A DNA stretch of 64,000 nucleotides from Octopus sinensis (lineage: Eukaryota): positions 4,712,001 through 4,776,000 of the forward strand of contig NC_043015.1 of assembly GCF_006345805.1 (NCBI RefSeq). Reading direction: 5' to 3'. A program made the translations under genes and the position numbers. Shown here one piece after another: positions 27,114-39,857 of the stretch. Every line of letters begins with the position of its first letter. The stretch's first letter is position 1. Under the pieces are notes generated by a model. That model saw only the letters and a list, made by a program, of their open reading frames with translations. It made no database searches and was not told the DNA's origin.

Positions 27114-27514
27114 TACTTACTAACATTAAATCTGGACACCTGTTCAAACTCCACTTGTCTAACACCCGTGGACATTTTTAAAATGTCAGAAAACAGCACA
27201 GCTCCCATGACTTTCGGAAACATTTGTTAACGCTAAAAGTTGCTGAAGTATGGAACAAACTGCCGGCATCAGTTGTTACTTGTCGGAGCACTGCATTCTT
27301 CAAGACTTCTATGCATTCTGAGATTCACCATAACTACACATGATTTTCTCCACTCCATAAACATGCAAGAAAACATATGCAAGCATTTCCAGATATTTGT
27401 ACATTATTGCATATGCTTTATACGCGCTTTTGACAAGTCGTGGTACACCTGAGCAGTGTATACAATAATTTCATTATTATTCTAATTATTATTATTATAT
27501 ATATATATATATAC

Positions 27515-28105
27515 GCGAGAAAGAAGCAACAAGAATGGATAGGTTTTTAGTACAATCGTTTCATACAAGGACAGGCTTTATTAAAAGTTGTAAAAATTAC
27601 AGCATATAAACGTGTCCCGTACTCATCAGCTAAAATACATGTGAGTTCTCTAGACATCCTAGTGGTTGAGGCTATACTCATGAAGTAATGTAGATAATTA
27701 AGTAACATAAACAGATTTCCAAAGTTCATTAAAGTTCTTTAAAGATGATGTACAGTCTTATCACAGAATTTTAAAAATGTTTTAATAGCATCACAGAGAA
27801 GGTGACCTAATCCATAGTGCACATATGAATTTCCAGAGATATGATGAGGGATTACATACTCACAGAAGACAAATTTATCCATTGTTAATCACAACGAGGT
27901 GGGTCTCAATTCCTGCTTATTAGCATTACAGAGAGGGTGAATTAATCCTTTGTATAGATGCACGATTTCCAATGGTGTAGATGTAAATTTCCAGAGAAAT
28001 GAAGAGGAATTTCATATTCACAGGCGATAAATTTATCAATGGTTGAACACAATGAGGTAGGTATCAATTCTTGTTATATGATTAGGTATTTGCCACATTA
28101 ATCAC
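27515..28105 (-). repeat. Inverted partial pLTR (mirror of 29028-29616)
   Basis: Direct reverse-complement match; junction ...ATTAATCAC|TACAGTTATC at 28105/28106. Confidence 0.95.
27545..27635 (-). ncRNA. Type I hammerhead ribozyme (inverted pLTR copy)
   Basis: Reverse complement of 29496-29586. Confidence 0.75.
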
Positions 28106-29736
28106 TACAGTTATCTTTTTCCTTATATCTGCATCAGTTTTTTGAGAACAGGGAAATGAATAGTACTTATACGCTGCTTAATTGAGGCTTTATTTAATTT
28201 CAAACTCATAATTTTTAAATTCTTAATTTTAAATCTTAATTGTAATTTTTAATTTTAATTCCTAACTTAATCTAATTTAAGTAGCATAACTCTAATAAAA
28301 TAAAATGAGTTACTATAGCCCCATAATTCTATTTCAAAATTAAATAAATAAGGCTACCCCCTCGGTGATAATATGATTATCTTCATTATGATAGACAATC
28401 CCCTAACACCTTGTAAATGATCTTCTAAGATTTGACCTGTAGTCCGTCAATGTATGAATAATAACGGCAACTCCTTAAGACAATAAAATGTATAAATTAA
28501 ATAAGTAAATTTTAATGACTTTTTGATAAGATTATACTTAGATTTTCCTAATGTATTTTCTTTTGATTTTAGCATCTGACCCCTAAACCCCTGACTGTGT
28601 TATCTCTTTAGATTCTCTTTAAATTCATAGCTGATTTCAACAGCAATAAATTAGCTGTTTTACTGGTCAAAGAATAATATTCTCTTCTTCAAAGAATAAT
28701 ATTCTCCTATAGTTCCCAGATGCCTGTAAATTAAAACCAGACTCGCCGTCTACTAATTCTTCTGTATAACTAGAACCCTCTTTTTTTCTTTTTCTTTTTT
28801 CCCTTCTTTCCCTATTTCTTTCTCTTTTCTCTTTTTTCTTTTTCTTCTTCTTATTCTCTTTTTCCTTTTCTCTTCTCTTTTAGTCCCCTCCCCCCCTTTT
28901 TTGCTCCCTCCTCCTTTATTTTCTCTCTTTTCTTCTATTCCCTTCCCTTTTCTATTCTTTGCCTCTCTAGAAAGCCCTTCAGCATTTAAAAGTTAAATAG
29001 CTACAGCCTCTTGTAAATAGTAGTAATGTGATTAATGTGGCAAATACCTAATCATATAACAAGAATTGATACCTACCTCATTGTGTTCAACCATTGATAA
29101 ATTATCGCCTGTGAATATGAAATTCCTCTTCATTTCTCTGGAAATTTACATCTACACCATTGGAAATCGGCATCTATACAAAGGATTAATTCACCCTCTC
29201 TGTAATGCTAATAAGCAGGAATTGAGACCCACCTCGTTGTGATTAACAATGGATAAATTTGTCTTCTGTGAGTATGTAATCCCTCATCATATCTCTGGAA
29301 ATTCATATGTGCACTATGGATTAGGTCACCTTCTCTGTGATGCTATTAAAACATTTTTAAAATTCTGTGATAAGACTGTACATCATCTTTAAAGAACTTT
29401 AATGAACTTTGGAAATCTGTTTATGTTACTTAATTATCTACATTACTTCATGAGTATAGCCTCAACCACTAGGATGTCTAGAGAACTCACATGTATTTTA
29501 GCTGATGAGTACGGGACACGTTTATATGCTGTAATTTTTACAACTTTTAATAAAGCCTGTCCTTGTATGAAACGATTGTACTAAAAACCTATCCATTCTT
29601 GTTGCTTCTTTCTCGCTTATAATCACCCCACATTACTGTATTGTTAAAACAGTATAGTTTTTTTTTGGTGCATCTAAGTTAGGTACCATATTCAAGTAAA
29701 TTCATTTAAATTAACTTGAATCTTTATTGCTTTTTG
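28105..29736 (+). repeat. Left pseudo-LTR
   Basis: Near-identical to 32710-34343; differences are mostly single-base indels and a few substitutions. Confidence 0.95.
29496..29586 (+). ncRNA. Type I hammerhead ribozyme with long helix II
   Basis: Helix I UUUUAG:CUAAAA (6 bp); core CUGAUGA (29502-29508); helix II GUAC-GGGACA:UGUCCU-U-GUAU plus an inner hairpin; GAAA (29569-29572); helix III AC-[GAUU]-GU; GUA cleavage triplet, cut after 29580. Confidence 0.8.
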
Positions 29737-29790
29737 AATATATTCCCATACAGTCTGTATGTTTTTCTGGTACTTAATTTCTCAATAAGA

Positions 29791-31182
29791 ATGGAAAAGG
29801 TAAACATTGAGTTCTGCCCTAAAGACATCCCTTTACATAGTATAGATGAATATAATTGGCTTCTCATTCATAGGATTAACGATTTCATTAGAAGAATCAG
29901 GTGGAAAACGTACCATTTTGATGTCAAACAGAAGAAGAAACCACAGGAAAAGAATACCGAAAAGAATTTTAGAAGAATTTTTAAAAGTAGAAAAAGCCCA
30001 CCTCAGAACCCATTCCTGGAGAACTTTGAGAAAGACTTGCTGAATATTAGCTTCAAGGAACACCCGTTAAGATATAACCCTCACCTTAGACACCTTAGGA
30101 ACTTTATTCAGTCAACCCGGTGCAAACATGGAATCCTAGTACCAGCAGATAAAACGGGTAATATGTATAGGGTTGATTACGATATTTATAGCAAATTAAT
30201 TAGGAAGGAACTAAACTCCAAATATAAAATTACGACTAAGAACAATTTGAAAAAAGTAAACATGGAAATGAAAGAGATCATGGAGAAACTAAATTTAACG
30301 GATAGAACGGAGCCACTTAAACCGTGTGAGCCCAGGATCAACCTTAAAGACCACAAAAAGAACTTCTTGGAAAACCCTTCGGTTAGGCTGATCTGTCCAA
30401 CTAAGTCGGACATTGGCCGACTTAGTAAATCTATCCTGGATAGTGTTCTACCCCAAATAACCCCTTTTCTCCCCTTAAACCTATGGCTAAGTACGGATCA
30501 AGTTCTAAAATGGTTTAACTCTCTAACTAATACTAGTAGTCTGTCCTTTATTCAGTTCGATATTAATAGTTATTACTCTAGTATTTCCCCTATCTTACTC
30601 AACAAATCACTAATATTTGCCATGAATCGCTCCCTCATATCTAGAGAAGAAATCAATATTGTGCTACTAGCTAGGAAGACATTTATAGAATTTGAAGATA
30701 AAATATGGACTAGAGCAGATACACCTAATTTTTTTGATATACCAATGGGTTCCAGTGATTCGGCTGAGGTAACCAACCTAGTAGGCGCATATCTATTAAA
30801 ATGCATAAGCAAGGATATACCAGAAATACAGGGGGGTCTATATAGGGATGATGCTCTGTTTGTTATCCCTAGTAATAATAAATCTGTTATAGAAAGGATT
30901 AGAAAGAAAATTAATAAGTTCTTTAAGGATTTCAACCTCAGTATAACGTATGAACCGGGCACTAAAATAGTTAACTTCCTAGATATTACGCTAGACCTTA
31001 ACTCCAAGCTACATTACCCATTTAGAAAGGAAGGCGAAATCACGAATTACGTAAATAAAGTATCAAATCATCCCCCAAATATAATAGAATCTTTAGTAAG
31101 AAATATTTCATTAAGAATTTCAAAATTATCATCCAATAAGGATAATTTAACTCCCATTCTGAGCATTATAATGAGGCGTTAA
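29791..31182 (+). CDS. Penelope-like reverse transcriptase; reading frame broken at ~31147 by a 1-nt deletion
   Basis: ATG at 29791 (MEKVNIEF). Motifs: PKDIP...FIRRIRWK, ADKTGNMY, P.INLKDHK..F...P.VRLICP, FDINSYYSSI, PMGS, GLYRDD (YRDD at 30841-30852), NFLD, YV...SNHPP. Confidence 0.93.
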   Translation: MEKVNIEFCPKDIPLHSIDEYNWLLIHRINDFIRRIRWKTYHFDVKQKKKPQEKNTEKNFRRIFKSRKSPPQNPFLENFEKDLLNISFKEHPLRYNPHLRHLRNFIQSTRCKHGILVPADKTGNMYRVDYDIYSKLIRKELNSKYKITTKNNLKKVNMEMKEIMEKLNLTDRTEPLKPCEPRINLKDHKKNFLENPSVRLICPTKSDIGRLSKSILDSVLPQITPFLPLNLWLSTDQVLKWFNSLTNTSSLSFIQFDINSYYSSISPILLNKSLIFAMNRSLISREEINIVLLARKTFIEFEDKIWTRADTPNFFDIPMGSSDSAEVTNLVGAYLLKCISKDIPEIQGGLYRDDALFVIPSNNKSVIERIRKKINKFFKDFNLSITYEPGTKIVNFLDITLDLNSKLHYPFRKEGEITNYVNKVSNHPPNIIESLVRNISLRISKLSSNKDNLTPILSIIMRR

Positions 31183-32622
31183 CTAAGGCTGGATACAACC
31201 AAAAGATTACATTCGTTGATAAGGGGAACTCACGTATTCCTAATAATGAAGTTATCAGTAATCGCGTAAGCAGCAATACAGACCAAGCCCGAAATAAAAG
31301 TAGAATTAAATTAATGGTAAACGCTAATCTAGCGTACAGGCCCAACAATTCAAATAGAAGCATTGACCAGAACATAGGTAACTCGGATAATATTGAAGTA
31401 GATAAACCTAAGATGCACACAATAAAAATAAAAACAATGGTAATAAATACAATAACTCCGGTGAGATGAATAGTAGTAATTCTACGAACCCTAAATTTAA
31501 TAAAAAAGATATATTATGGCTGAATATTCCTTTCAACTGTGTGCGATACAATCGGATATACAGAACAAATTCAAAGTAATTCTGGAAAAAAAATTTCCCT
31601 ATCTCTCATAGATATCATAGAATTATATCTAGGAAAACAGTTAGGATTTCTTATTCAACCCTCCCAAATATGTCCACTTTAATAGCTAAGATTAATAATA
31701 AAAACATTAAACTAGCCAGGAAAGATAGAAATAAAAATAATAATATCAGCATGAATACCAATAGCAATTATAATAATACTACCAACAACAATAAAAACAG
31801 TAATAGTAACTATCAAAACATAGGTGAAATTAGTAACCACAGAATGACTAATAACATTAACATTAATAGTAATAATAACAATGCCGATATTAATAGAAGT
31901 AATAATGTTAATAATATAAATAATAGATATAAGGCTAATGGAGAAAATAAGGAGAATGAAAATATCAGTGATATTTATAACAACAATATGCAGTCGGATA
32001 AAAAGACTAACAATTATAGTAACATTACCAATAATATAAGAAATCATGGTAGGACTTTAGACCTAAATGATGAGGCTGAAGGATCAATAAATAATAGCAA
32101 TACTTTAGATATCAGCACCAACTATAGAAATGATAATCAAAATATAGGAACCTAAGACATCTACCCAAGAATAATCCAAAGCCTGAAGTTGTTCCTCCTG
32201 TGTGTAGTGTAGAATAAAATCAAAATGCCCGGCACCTGGTCTATGTGGGGAAAATAATGTAATCTATAAATGTACCATATCCACGGAGAATAACAAATAT
32301 CTTTACATTGGATGTACAATTAATTTTCTAGCCAGAGTTAGAAATCACATCTCGTCTTTTAAATTACGTCATAAAGCTGGTACCACCACACTTCCAACAA
32401 AATCTGGGAACTCAAAATAATAATAAAAATTATAACCTTAATTGGGAAATAGTTAGGAGAGCAATTCCGTATAAAAATAGTAGGGTTGGTTGCCAACTAT
32501 GCTCCATGGAGACGTATGAAATTCTAAAGCATAGAAAACATAGAAACTTATTGAATAACCATATCGAACTAGGTCAAGTTTGTGTCCACGCTAAATTGAA
32601 GAATTTAAAATATTTTAAATGA
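31149..32622 (+). pseudogene. Frameshifted continuation: RT thumb, Asn-rich linker and GIY-YIG endonuclease
   Basis: HYNEALTKAGY, ILWLNIPFN, KFP.SH.YH.I..RKTVRISYSTLPNM, CSCRIKSKCP..GLC..NNVIYKC (32256-32273), YIGCT (32304-32318), R.RNH, WEIV, C.LC..E, stop TGA at 32620-32622. Several single-base frameshifts. Confidence 0.88.
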
Positions 32623-32709
32623 TTAGAATATTCGCAACTAGATAGATAGATATAACTTGATTTCTACTAGTATAGCACTGCTTTAAGTAGATAACAAAGA
32701 GTTCTCACC

Positions 32710-34341
32710 CTACAGTTATCTTTTTCCTTATATCTGCATCAGTTTTTTGAGAACAGGGAAATGAATAGTACTTATACGCTGCTTAATTGAGGCTTTATTT
32801 AATTTCAAACTCATAATTTTTAAATTCTTAATTTTAAATCTTAATTGTAATTTTTAATTTTAATTCCTAACTTAATCTAATTTAAGTAGCATAACTCTAA
32901 TAAAATAAAATGAGTTACTATAGCCCCATAATTCTATTCAAATTAAATAAATAAGGCTACCCCCCGGTGATAATATGATTATCTTCATTATGATAGACAA
33001 TCCCCTAACACCTTGTAAATGATCTTCTAAGATTTGACCTGTAGTCTGTCAATGTATGAATAATAACGGCAACTCCTTAAGACAATAAAATGAATAAATT
33101 AAATAAGTAACTTTTAATGACTTTTTGATAAGATTATACTTAGATTTTCCTAATGTATTTTCTTTTGATTTTAGCATCTGACCCCTAAACCCCTGACTGT
33201 GTTATCTCTTTAGATTCTCTTTAAATTCATAGCTGATTTCAACAGCAATAAATTAGCTGTTTTACTGGTCAAAGAATAATATTCTCCTCTTCAAAGAATA
33301 ATATTCTCCTATAGTTCCCAGATGCCTGTAAATTAAAACCAGACTCGCCGTCTACTAATTCTTCTGTATAACTAGAACCCTCTTTTTTTCTTTTTTCTTT
33401 TTTCCCTTCTTTTCCTATTTCTTTCTCTTTTCTCTTTTTTCTTTTTCTTCTTCTTATTCTCTTTTTCCTTTTCTCTTCTCTTTTAGTCCCCTTCCCCCCC
33501 TTTTTTGCTCCCTCCTCCTTTATTTTCTCTCTTTTCTTCTATTCCCTTCCCTTTTCTATTCTTTGCCTCTCTAGAAAGCCCTTCAGCCTTTAAAAGTTAA
33601 ATAGCTACAGCCTCTTGTAAATAGCAGTAATGTGATTAATGTGGCAAATACCTAATCATATAACAAGAATTGATACCTACCTCATTGTGTTCAACCATTG
33701 ATAAATTTATCGCCTGTGAATATGAAATTCCTCTTCATTTCTCTGGAAATTTACATCTACACCATTGGAAATTGTGCATCTATACAAAGGATTAATTCAC
33801 CCTCTCTGTAATGCTAATAAGCAGGAATTGAGACCCACCTCGTTGTGATTAACAATGGATAAATTTGTCTTCTGTGAGTATGTAATCCCTCATCATATCT
33901 CTGGAAATTCATATGTGCACTATGGATTAGGTCACCTTCTCTGTGATGCTATTAAAACTTTTTTAAAATTCTGTGATAAGACTGTACATCATCTTTAAAG
34001 AACTTTAATGAACTTTGGAAATCTGTTTATGTTACTTAATTATCTACATTACTTCATGAGTATAGCCTCAACCACTAGGATGTCTAGAGAACTCACATGT
34101 ATTTTAGCTGATGAGTACGGGACACGTTTATATGCTGTAATTTTTACAACTTTTAATAAAGCCTGTCCTTGTATGAAACGATTGTACTAAAAACCTATCC
34201 ATTCTTGTTGCTTCTTTCTCGCTTATAATCACCCCACATTACTGTATTGTTAAAACAGTATAGTTTTTTTTTTGGTGCATCTAAGTTAGGTACCATATTC
34301 AAGTAAATTCATTTAAATTAACTTGAATATTTATTGCTTTT

Positions 34342-34343
<2 letters not shown>
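32710..34343 (+). repeat. Right pseudo-LTR
   Basis: Direct repeat of 28105-29736; ends TTATTGCTTTTTG|TATATA. Confidence 0.95.
34102..34192 (+). ncRNA. Type I hammerhead ribozyme (right pLTR)
   Basis: Same sequence as 29496-29586; predicted cut after 34186. Confidence 0.8.
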
Positions 34344-34385
<42 letters not shown>

Positions 34386-34406
34386 ATATATTATATATAT
34401 TATTAT

Positions 34407-34437
<31 letters not shown>

Positions 34438-34459
34438 CATACATACATACATATATGTA

Positions 34460-34490
<31 letters not shown>

Positions 34491-35158
34491 AATTATCATT
34501 ATCGTTATTATCATCATTATTATTATTTGGAGGGAGTTATTATTTTTTATTATCTTATTATTTAACACACTCATCGGTTCAATTTCAACTCATTTGCTTA
34601 TTTATGTTTTCCAAAATTTCCTTGCAACTGGCAACATTTTAAATAGTCCTTATCTCTATCAGCGATCATTATTTTTTTTGTGCGCATGCGTGTGGTTCAG
34701 TGTCCGCACGCATAAACACACATTTGTATGTATGAATGCATGTGTATATACATGTATACATGTGTGTACGTTTGTCTGTATTTATTCTGCATATTCATGT
34801 GTTTGTGTGTTCGCTTTAGCGTTTTTGTATGTGTGTGTCTGCATGTACGTGTGTAGTTGTGTGTCATGCACGTGTGTGTACATGGTCATGTGTTTCAGAC
34901 TTCAGTTGCATCTGAGTCGTGTGTGTGTGAGTGTACGTGAAAAGAATTACTGAAATCATTCGCTATACATGCCATATGATAGTCTTATATGACTTGTAAG
35001 CCCAACCAAAGATTTACATATTCTATTGCATACTGCACAACTGTGCTGTTTGGCAGGAGAAACAGGTACCTATGAACTTTTTTAACATATGTCTTAAGAC
35101 GTCCAATTGAGCGGCACACATTTTACACACAAACACACATATATGTGTCTGTGTGTGC

Positions 35159-35193
<35 letters not shown>

Positions 35194-36081
35194 CATCGAA
35201 ACACACATGTATTATATAAATGTATTATATATGTATGTGCACGTGTGTGTATATACACACACACATACACACGCACACACACAACAGGGAAGATTTAAAT
35301 GTAAATTTCTCAGTGAATGAGCGCGATTACAGAGGAGTACAAGGCCACAAACGTAACTACAATGCCTATCTCCATTTTTGAAAGCGTTGTAAACCATAAA
35401 CATTTTCCCTAATCAGAGGAAACATAACTTTGGCTCCATGGATTCGTGTTTAGCAACACAGTGTTGTATTTAGAATTTTGCTGATGATTCCACATGTGTT
35501 TGTATAGGTTGACATTCCTTCGAACGAAATGGATTACATTTTGGTTAGAAATCCTTAAGGGCGTCACGTTTTCGCTGTTTGATAAATAGCTACTCATATA
35601 TGTGTATTTTTTATTTTAAATGCAAATTGTTGCTCTGGGTTTTATAACATGTTGCTTGTGTTTGGAACTTTTATCCTTTATCATTCTTCATTTTCTTTAT
35701 CACACTCACAAATATATACAGATATATATATATAGACGTATATATATTATATATATATATTATATATATATAATATATATATATATATCTTTATACATAT
35801 ATGTCTATGTTTTATGTAAGTATGTACACATGTAAAAAATGTATACATTTATGTATGTGTACTTGCATGTAAGCATACACATGTGCGTGTATATTATGAA
35901 GAAAGAATAAAAATATGAAAGAAAATACATCATGCAAATCTCCTGGAAAAACAATTTACATTTAAAATATACATAGGCGAGCAACTATTTATCAAGCCAC
36001 GAAAATGTGACGCCGTTCTTGAATTGAAGCCAACATGTAAACCGTATAGTCATGCATGTATATGTGGGTATATACATGTGC

Positions 36082-36194
<113 letters not shown>

Positions 36195-36385
36195 GTATTT
36201 ATATATATGTATTTATATATATGCGTAATTTGCATATATTTAGATTTGTGTATGCGTATGCACAAATATAAATATATATATGGATATATATATGGGTGTG
36301 TGTGATTGTGTATAGAAGAATATATTAATAAAAGGAATTCCACCCTTGTCTGATTTTCACGTTTTATTTACTATCTTATAATGAT

Positions 36386-36461
<76 letters not shown>

Positions 36462-36507
36462 GATTATAAGATAGTAAATAAAACGTGAAAAATATATATA
36501 AACGTGA

Positions 36508-36551
<44 letters not shown>

Positions 36552-36809
36552 CACAAACACAGAAAGACAAGAGGGTGTGTTCTTATACACATATGCCTGC
36601 ATATATACGTGTGCGTGAGTGTGTAAGTGAAAGTTCGTGTTTATGTGTGTGCGCGTGCCCGCTGCATGTTTGTGAGCGCACGTTTATGCGTGTTTGAGTG
36701 TGCGTTTTATTTTCTATATATTACTATTTCCATAGTATAATGCTGTGGGTGTTTTATATAAAGCGTTTTAAAGATGAAAATGGGAACTGGCAATTTCAGA
36801 CACATGCAA

Positions 36810-36930
36810 AATAGACCGATATAATACGTACTAGGCTTACAAAGAATAAGCTCTGGGGACGATTTGCTCAACTATTAAGGCGGTGCTCCAGTATGGCCAC
36901 AGTCAAAATGACTGAAACAAGTAAAAGAGT
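36810..36930 (+). mobile_element. SINE family 2, 3' fragment
   Basis: GTACTAGGCTTACAAAGAATAAG...GGTGCTCCAGTATGGCCACAGTCAAAATGACTGAAACAAGTAAAAGAG matches the tail of the 20826 copy. Confidence 0.75.
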
Positions 36931-36954
36931 TAAAGAAACTATATGTATGTGTGT

Positions 36955-37031
<77 letters not shown>

Positions 37032-38329
37032 TTGTCTGTGTGAGTAAGTATGTATTAGCCTGCGTGAGGGTGTGGTTATAAAAGGAAGTATGAAACACTA
37101 ATGCGCCATTAATGCATTAGTAGTATACAAATTGAACACACATTTCCCGATAATCTGATAGCAAGAATGTGCACTTTACATAATTTAGCAATTCGACAAC
37201 TATACTATACATCAGCAAAATTGTTAGATTACTTAACAATAGCGAAAATGTGATTTTGTGGGCGTATGCAGACACAACCGCACGAATATATATGTGATAT
37301 GTATGTCTGTATACACACTTGTGTGTGTAACTATATATTTGTATATACATATCTATGCACACAAAAGTGTGAGAGAGAAGATAAGGGGAAGGGAAAGGAT
37401 GGGTGAGTGTGAGAGAGAAAGAGAGAGAGCGAGAGGAATGCTTCCGAAACGGCAAGATATTTGTTCCGGAAATTTGCCTTCCGTTTGATTGTGTACGATG
37501 TTATGTTTTGCGTATTTGAGATTTGATTGACATATTTCAAGCTTTCTCTCGCAATTCTGCTGTTTTGCCGATGATGGTAGAACAATAGTCTTACTTTGCC
37601 TTTTTATGATGAATTTGCGTCATATCTGTATCATTCTTTGAATTTCATCGAAAGTGATATATGTCAAATGGGTATTTATTTTTCAGGAAGTATTTCCATG
37701 CTTGTAATAAAGTTTCGCTATATACCATAAGCAATTGTAACCTCTAGGCTACTATTGCCACAAAAGATTACTATTCTTAGTAATCGGTGAACCTAAAGCG
37801 TTGCGCACTACCACAGTGATGCGATTACGGAGAACGAATATTCTAGTAAAGGAAATTAAGTATTAGAAAGGAAAACGGGAGAAGAGGGATAAATGCAATA
37901 AGTATGATTTGATGTGGTGAAAGCATTATCCGTACCACGAAAAATACGTGGTGCACCATTACAGTAACGATAGAACAAAAACTGATGATACAGCATGATT
38001 GTGACTGCAAAAAATAAAAGTTGTATTGCGTTTGCAGTTGGGAGAAGTGCATTGACATTTCATGTCGTTAGCACATATCCTAAATAATCTAGGTCAATTT
38101 ATTTTATTAACAAAATTTTTTGCACGGTAGAGATGCAAATGCGAGCTTTGATAAATGTTTTGCTACCACACCAGATTATTACACTTTAGAAATATCCTTC
38201 CTGACTTTTACTTCAAACTCAATTATTAATATGATCCTTCTAATTATCGAAATAGCATAAAATGTCCATGGGATTTTTCCTCAAAAATTACCCTCTAAAG
38301 CAAAAGTCAAGACAGGTTTGTTTACAGAA

Positions 38330-38580
38330 GACCATCAGTCAACCATGCAGTCAAACAGCCTGCCTCTCCACACCACCGACATTGGATGTGAAAAGCAAAA
38401 AAAAAAAAAAAACTACGACTTGACACCAGTCGCAACTCATGACCACATTTAAGTGAACTGGAGTAACCTGAAATAAAATGTTTTGCTCATGTTCACAACT
38501 CACAGTTCAGTCAGGAAATCAAGCTCACTACATTATCATTGTCAGTCCGACGCTCTAACCACTGGGAGTCACGCAACTTC
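38330..38580 (-). mobile_element. Degenerate tRNA-headed SINE (another family)
   Basis: Minus-strand head CAGTGGTTAGAGCGTCGGACT (A-box-like), followed by a SINE-like body. Confidence 0.5.
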
Positions 38581-38788
38581 ATGATTGTTGAAAGGGATGA
38601 TATATTACTTCAGCTGATATATTACTTTAAAATATATGTAGCTGTGAGGCAGTGTTTTCGGATATCATCTAATTATTGAAATAGTTATATCATATCCCAA
38701 AACACTGCCTCAGACCTATATATACATTTAACTAATACTAAGAATGCACCCCCGCGTTGCGCGGTTATTACGACCTATAGCCACATTG

Positions 38789-39180
38789 TACACCCTGTTC
38801 CAAAAGTAACTGATGAATTTCAACTTTTAATAATTTTTTTAACTTTACAAATAAATGCATAAAATTTTGATACAATATAAAGTAAATAATGGGAATTAAT
38901 ATCAATAAATCAAGCGTTGCAACACCATTACATAATGTATAAAAAAATAACATCGCTTAAATGACAGCCACTTTCGGCTTCGCACGTCTGCATTCATTCC
39001 GAAACTTGCACCATAAAACTGTCAAGAATTTCAAACTCCACTTCTTTTATTTCTCTATTTATGTTCTCCTTCAGTTGCACCAGTGCCTCCAGTTTGTTGA
39101 CATAAACCTTCTTTTTGAAGTATTCTCAGTAGAAAAAAATCCATGCCAGACAAGTATGAGGAACGTGAAGTCCAGTTGGT
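38789..39180 (-). mobile_element. Tc1/mariner 3' fragment with a putative terminal inverted repeat
   Basis: Minus strand: WTSRS..LS.MDFF...KKKVYVNKL...LKENINREI...CEAESGCHLSD. It ends in TA + CACCCTGTTCCAAAAGT at 38789. Confidence 0.6.
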
Positions 39181-39797
39181 ATTGTAAATAAGGTACATAA
39201 TTCCTCATCTCTTAAATATAGAACGTTATGTACATAGAAGCCTGAATGTTTGAACATATATATGCACAGCATACAAGCACAGGCTTTCTTTTCCTCTCAC
39301 ACAAACACACACGCACGCAAGCACGCACGCATATATTTATATGTAAATATACATATGCATATATAAATATTTCGCTTACGCATAGCGGTGTACAGCTCAG
39401 AATACATACGGTGCAGAACACAATGTTAAATATGTATGAAAGGAGTGCATAGGAGGTAAGAGTATTTATGTACATGTGTACCATTTCAGATACTACTTTC
39501 TGATACCAATTTTCTGTATTTAAAAAAAGGAAAAAAAATGTATATAACATTCGAGATGTTTTGAATCGAAGGTAATTATCGAACACAGAGAAGCGAAAAG
39601 GATATCAGCTATAACTTTTCCTGAACTAAGAGCTCTGAGCAAAGACAAAAGAATTCATTATTTTACAGCTGCCCCTGGTTAAGGAAAGCTTTGTGTTTTT
39701 CACGCTCTGTCTCTCTGTATATATATGTGTCTGTGTGTATATGTATAAATGTATACCTGTCGATATATGTATATATAGGTATAAATGTGCACATATG

Positions 39798-39857
<60 letters not shown>

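Larger units (their letters stand above)
27515..34343 (+). mobile_element. Young Penelope-like retroelement: inverted pLTR segment + pLTR + RT/GIY-YIG ORF + pLTR, inserted in (TA)n
   Basis: PLE-type RT, C-terminal GIY-YIG, near-identical ~1.63-kb direct repeats, a 5' inversion and HHRs. Both outer ends abut (TA)n. Confidence 0.95.

Noticed and set aside
31149-32622. Selenocysteine (UGA) recoding, as known in some PLE clades
   Set aside because: The apparent stops disappear with 1-nt frame corrections; no in-frame UGA at a conserved position was found.
27547-34190. Three identical 60-aa ORFs (MNFGNLFMLLNY...)
   Set aside because: They lie in the pLTR copies and overlap the hammerhead. Identity is explained by duplication, and there is no protein-family signal.
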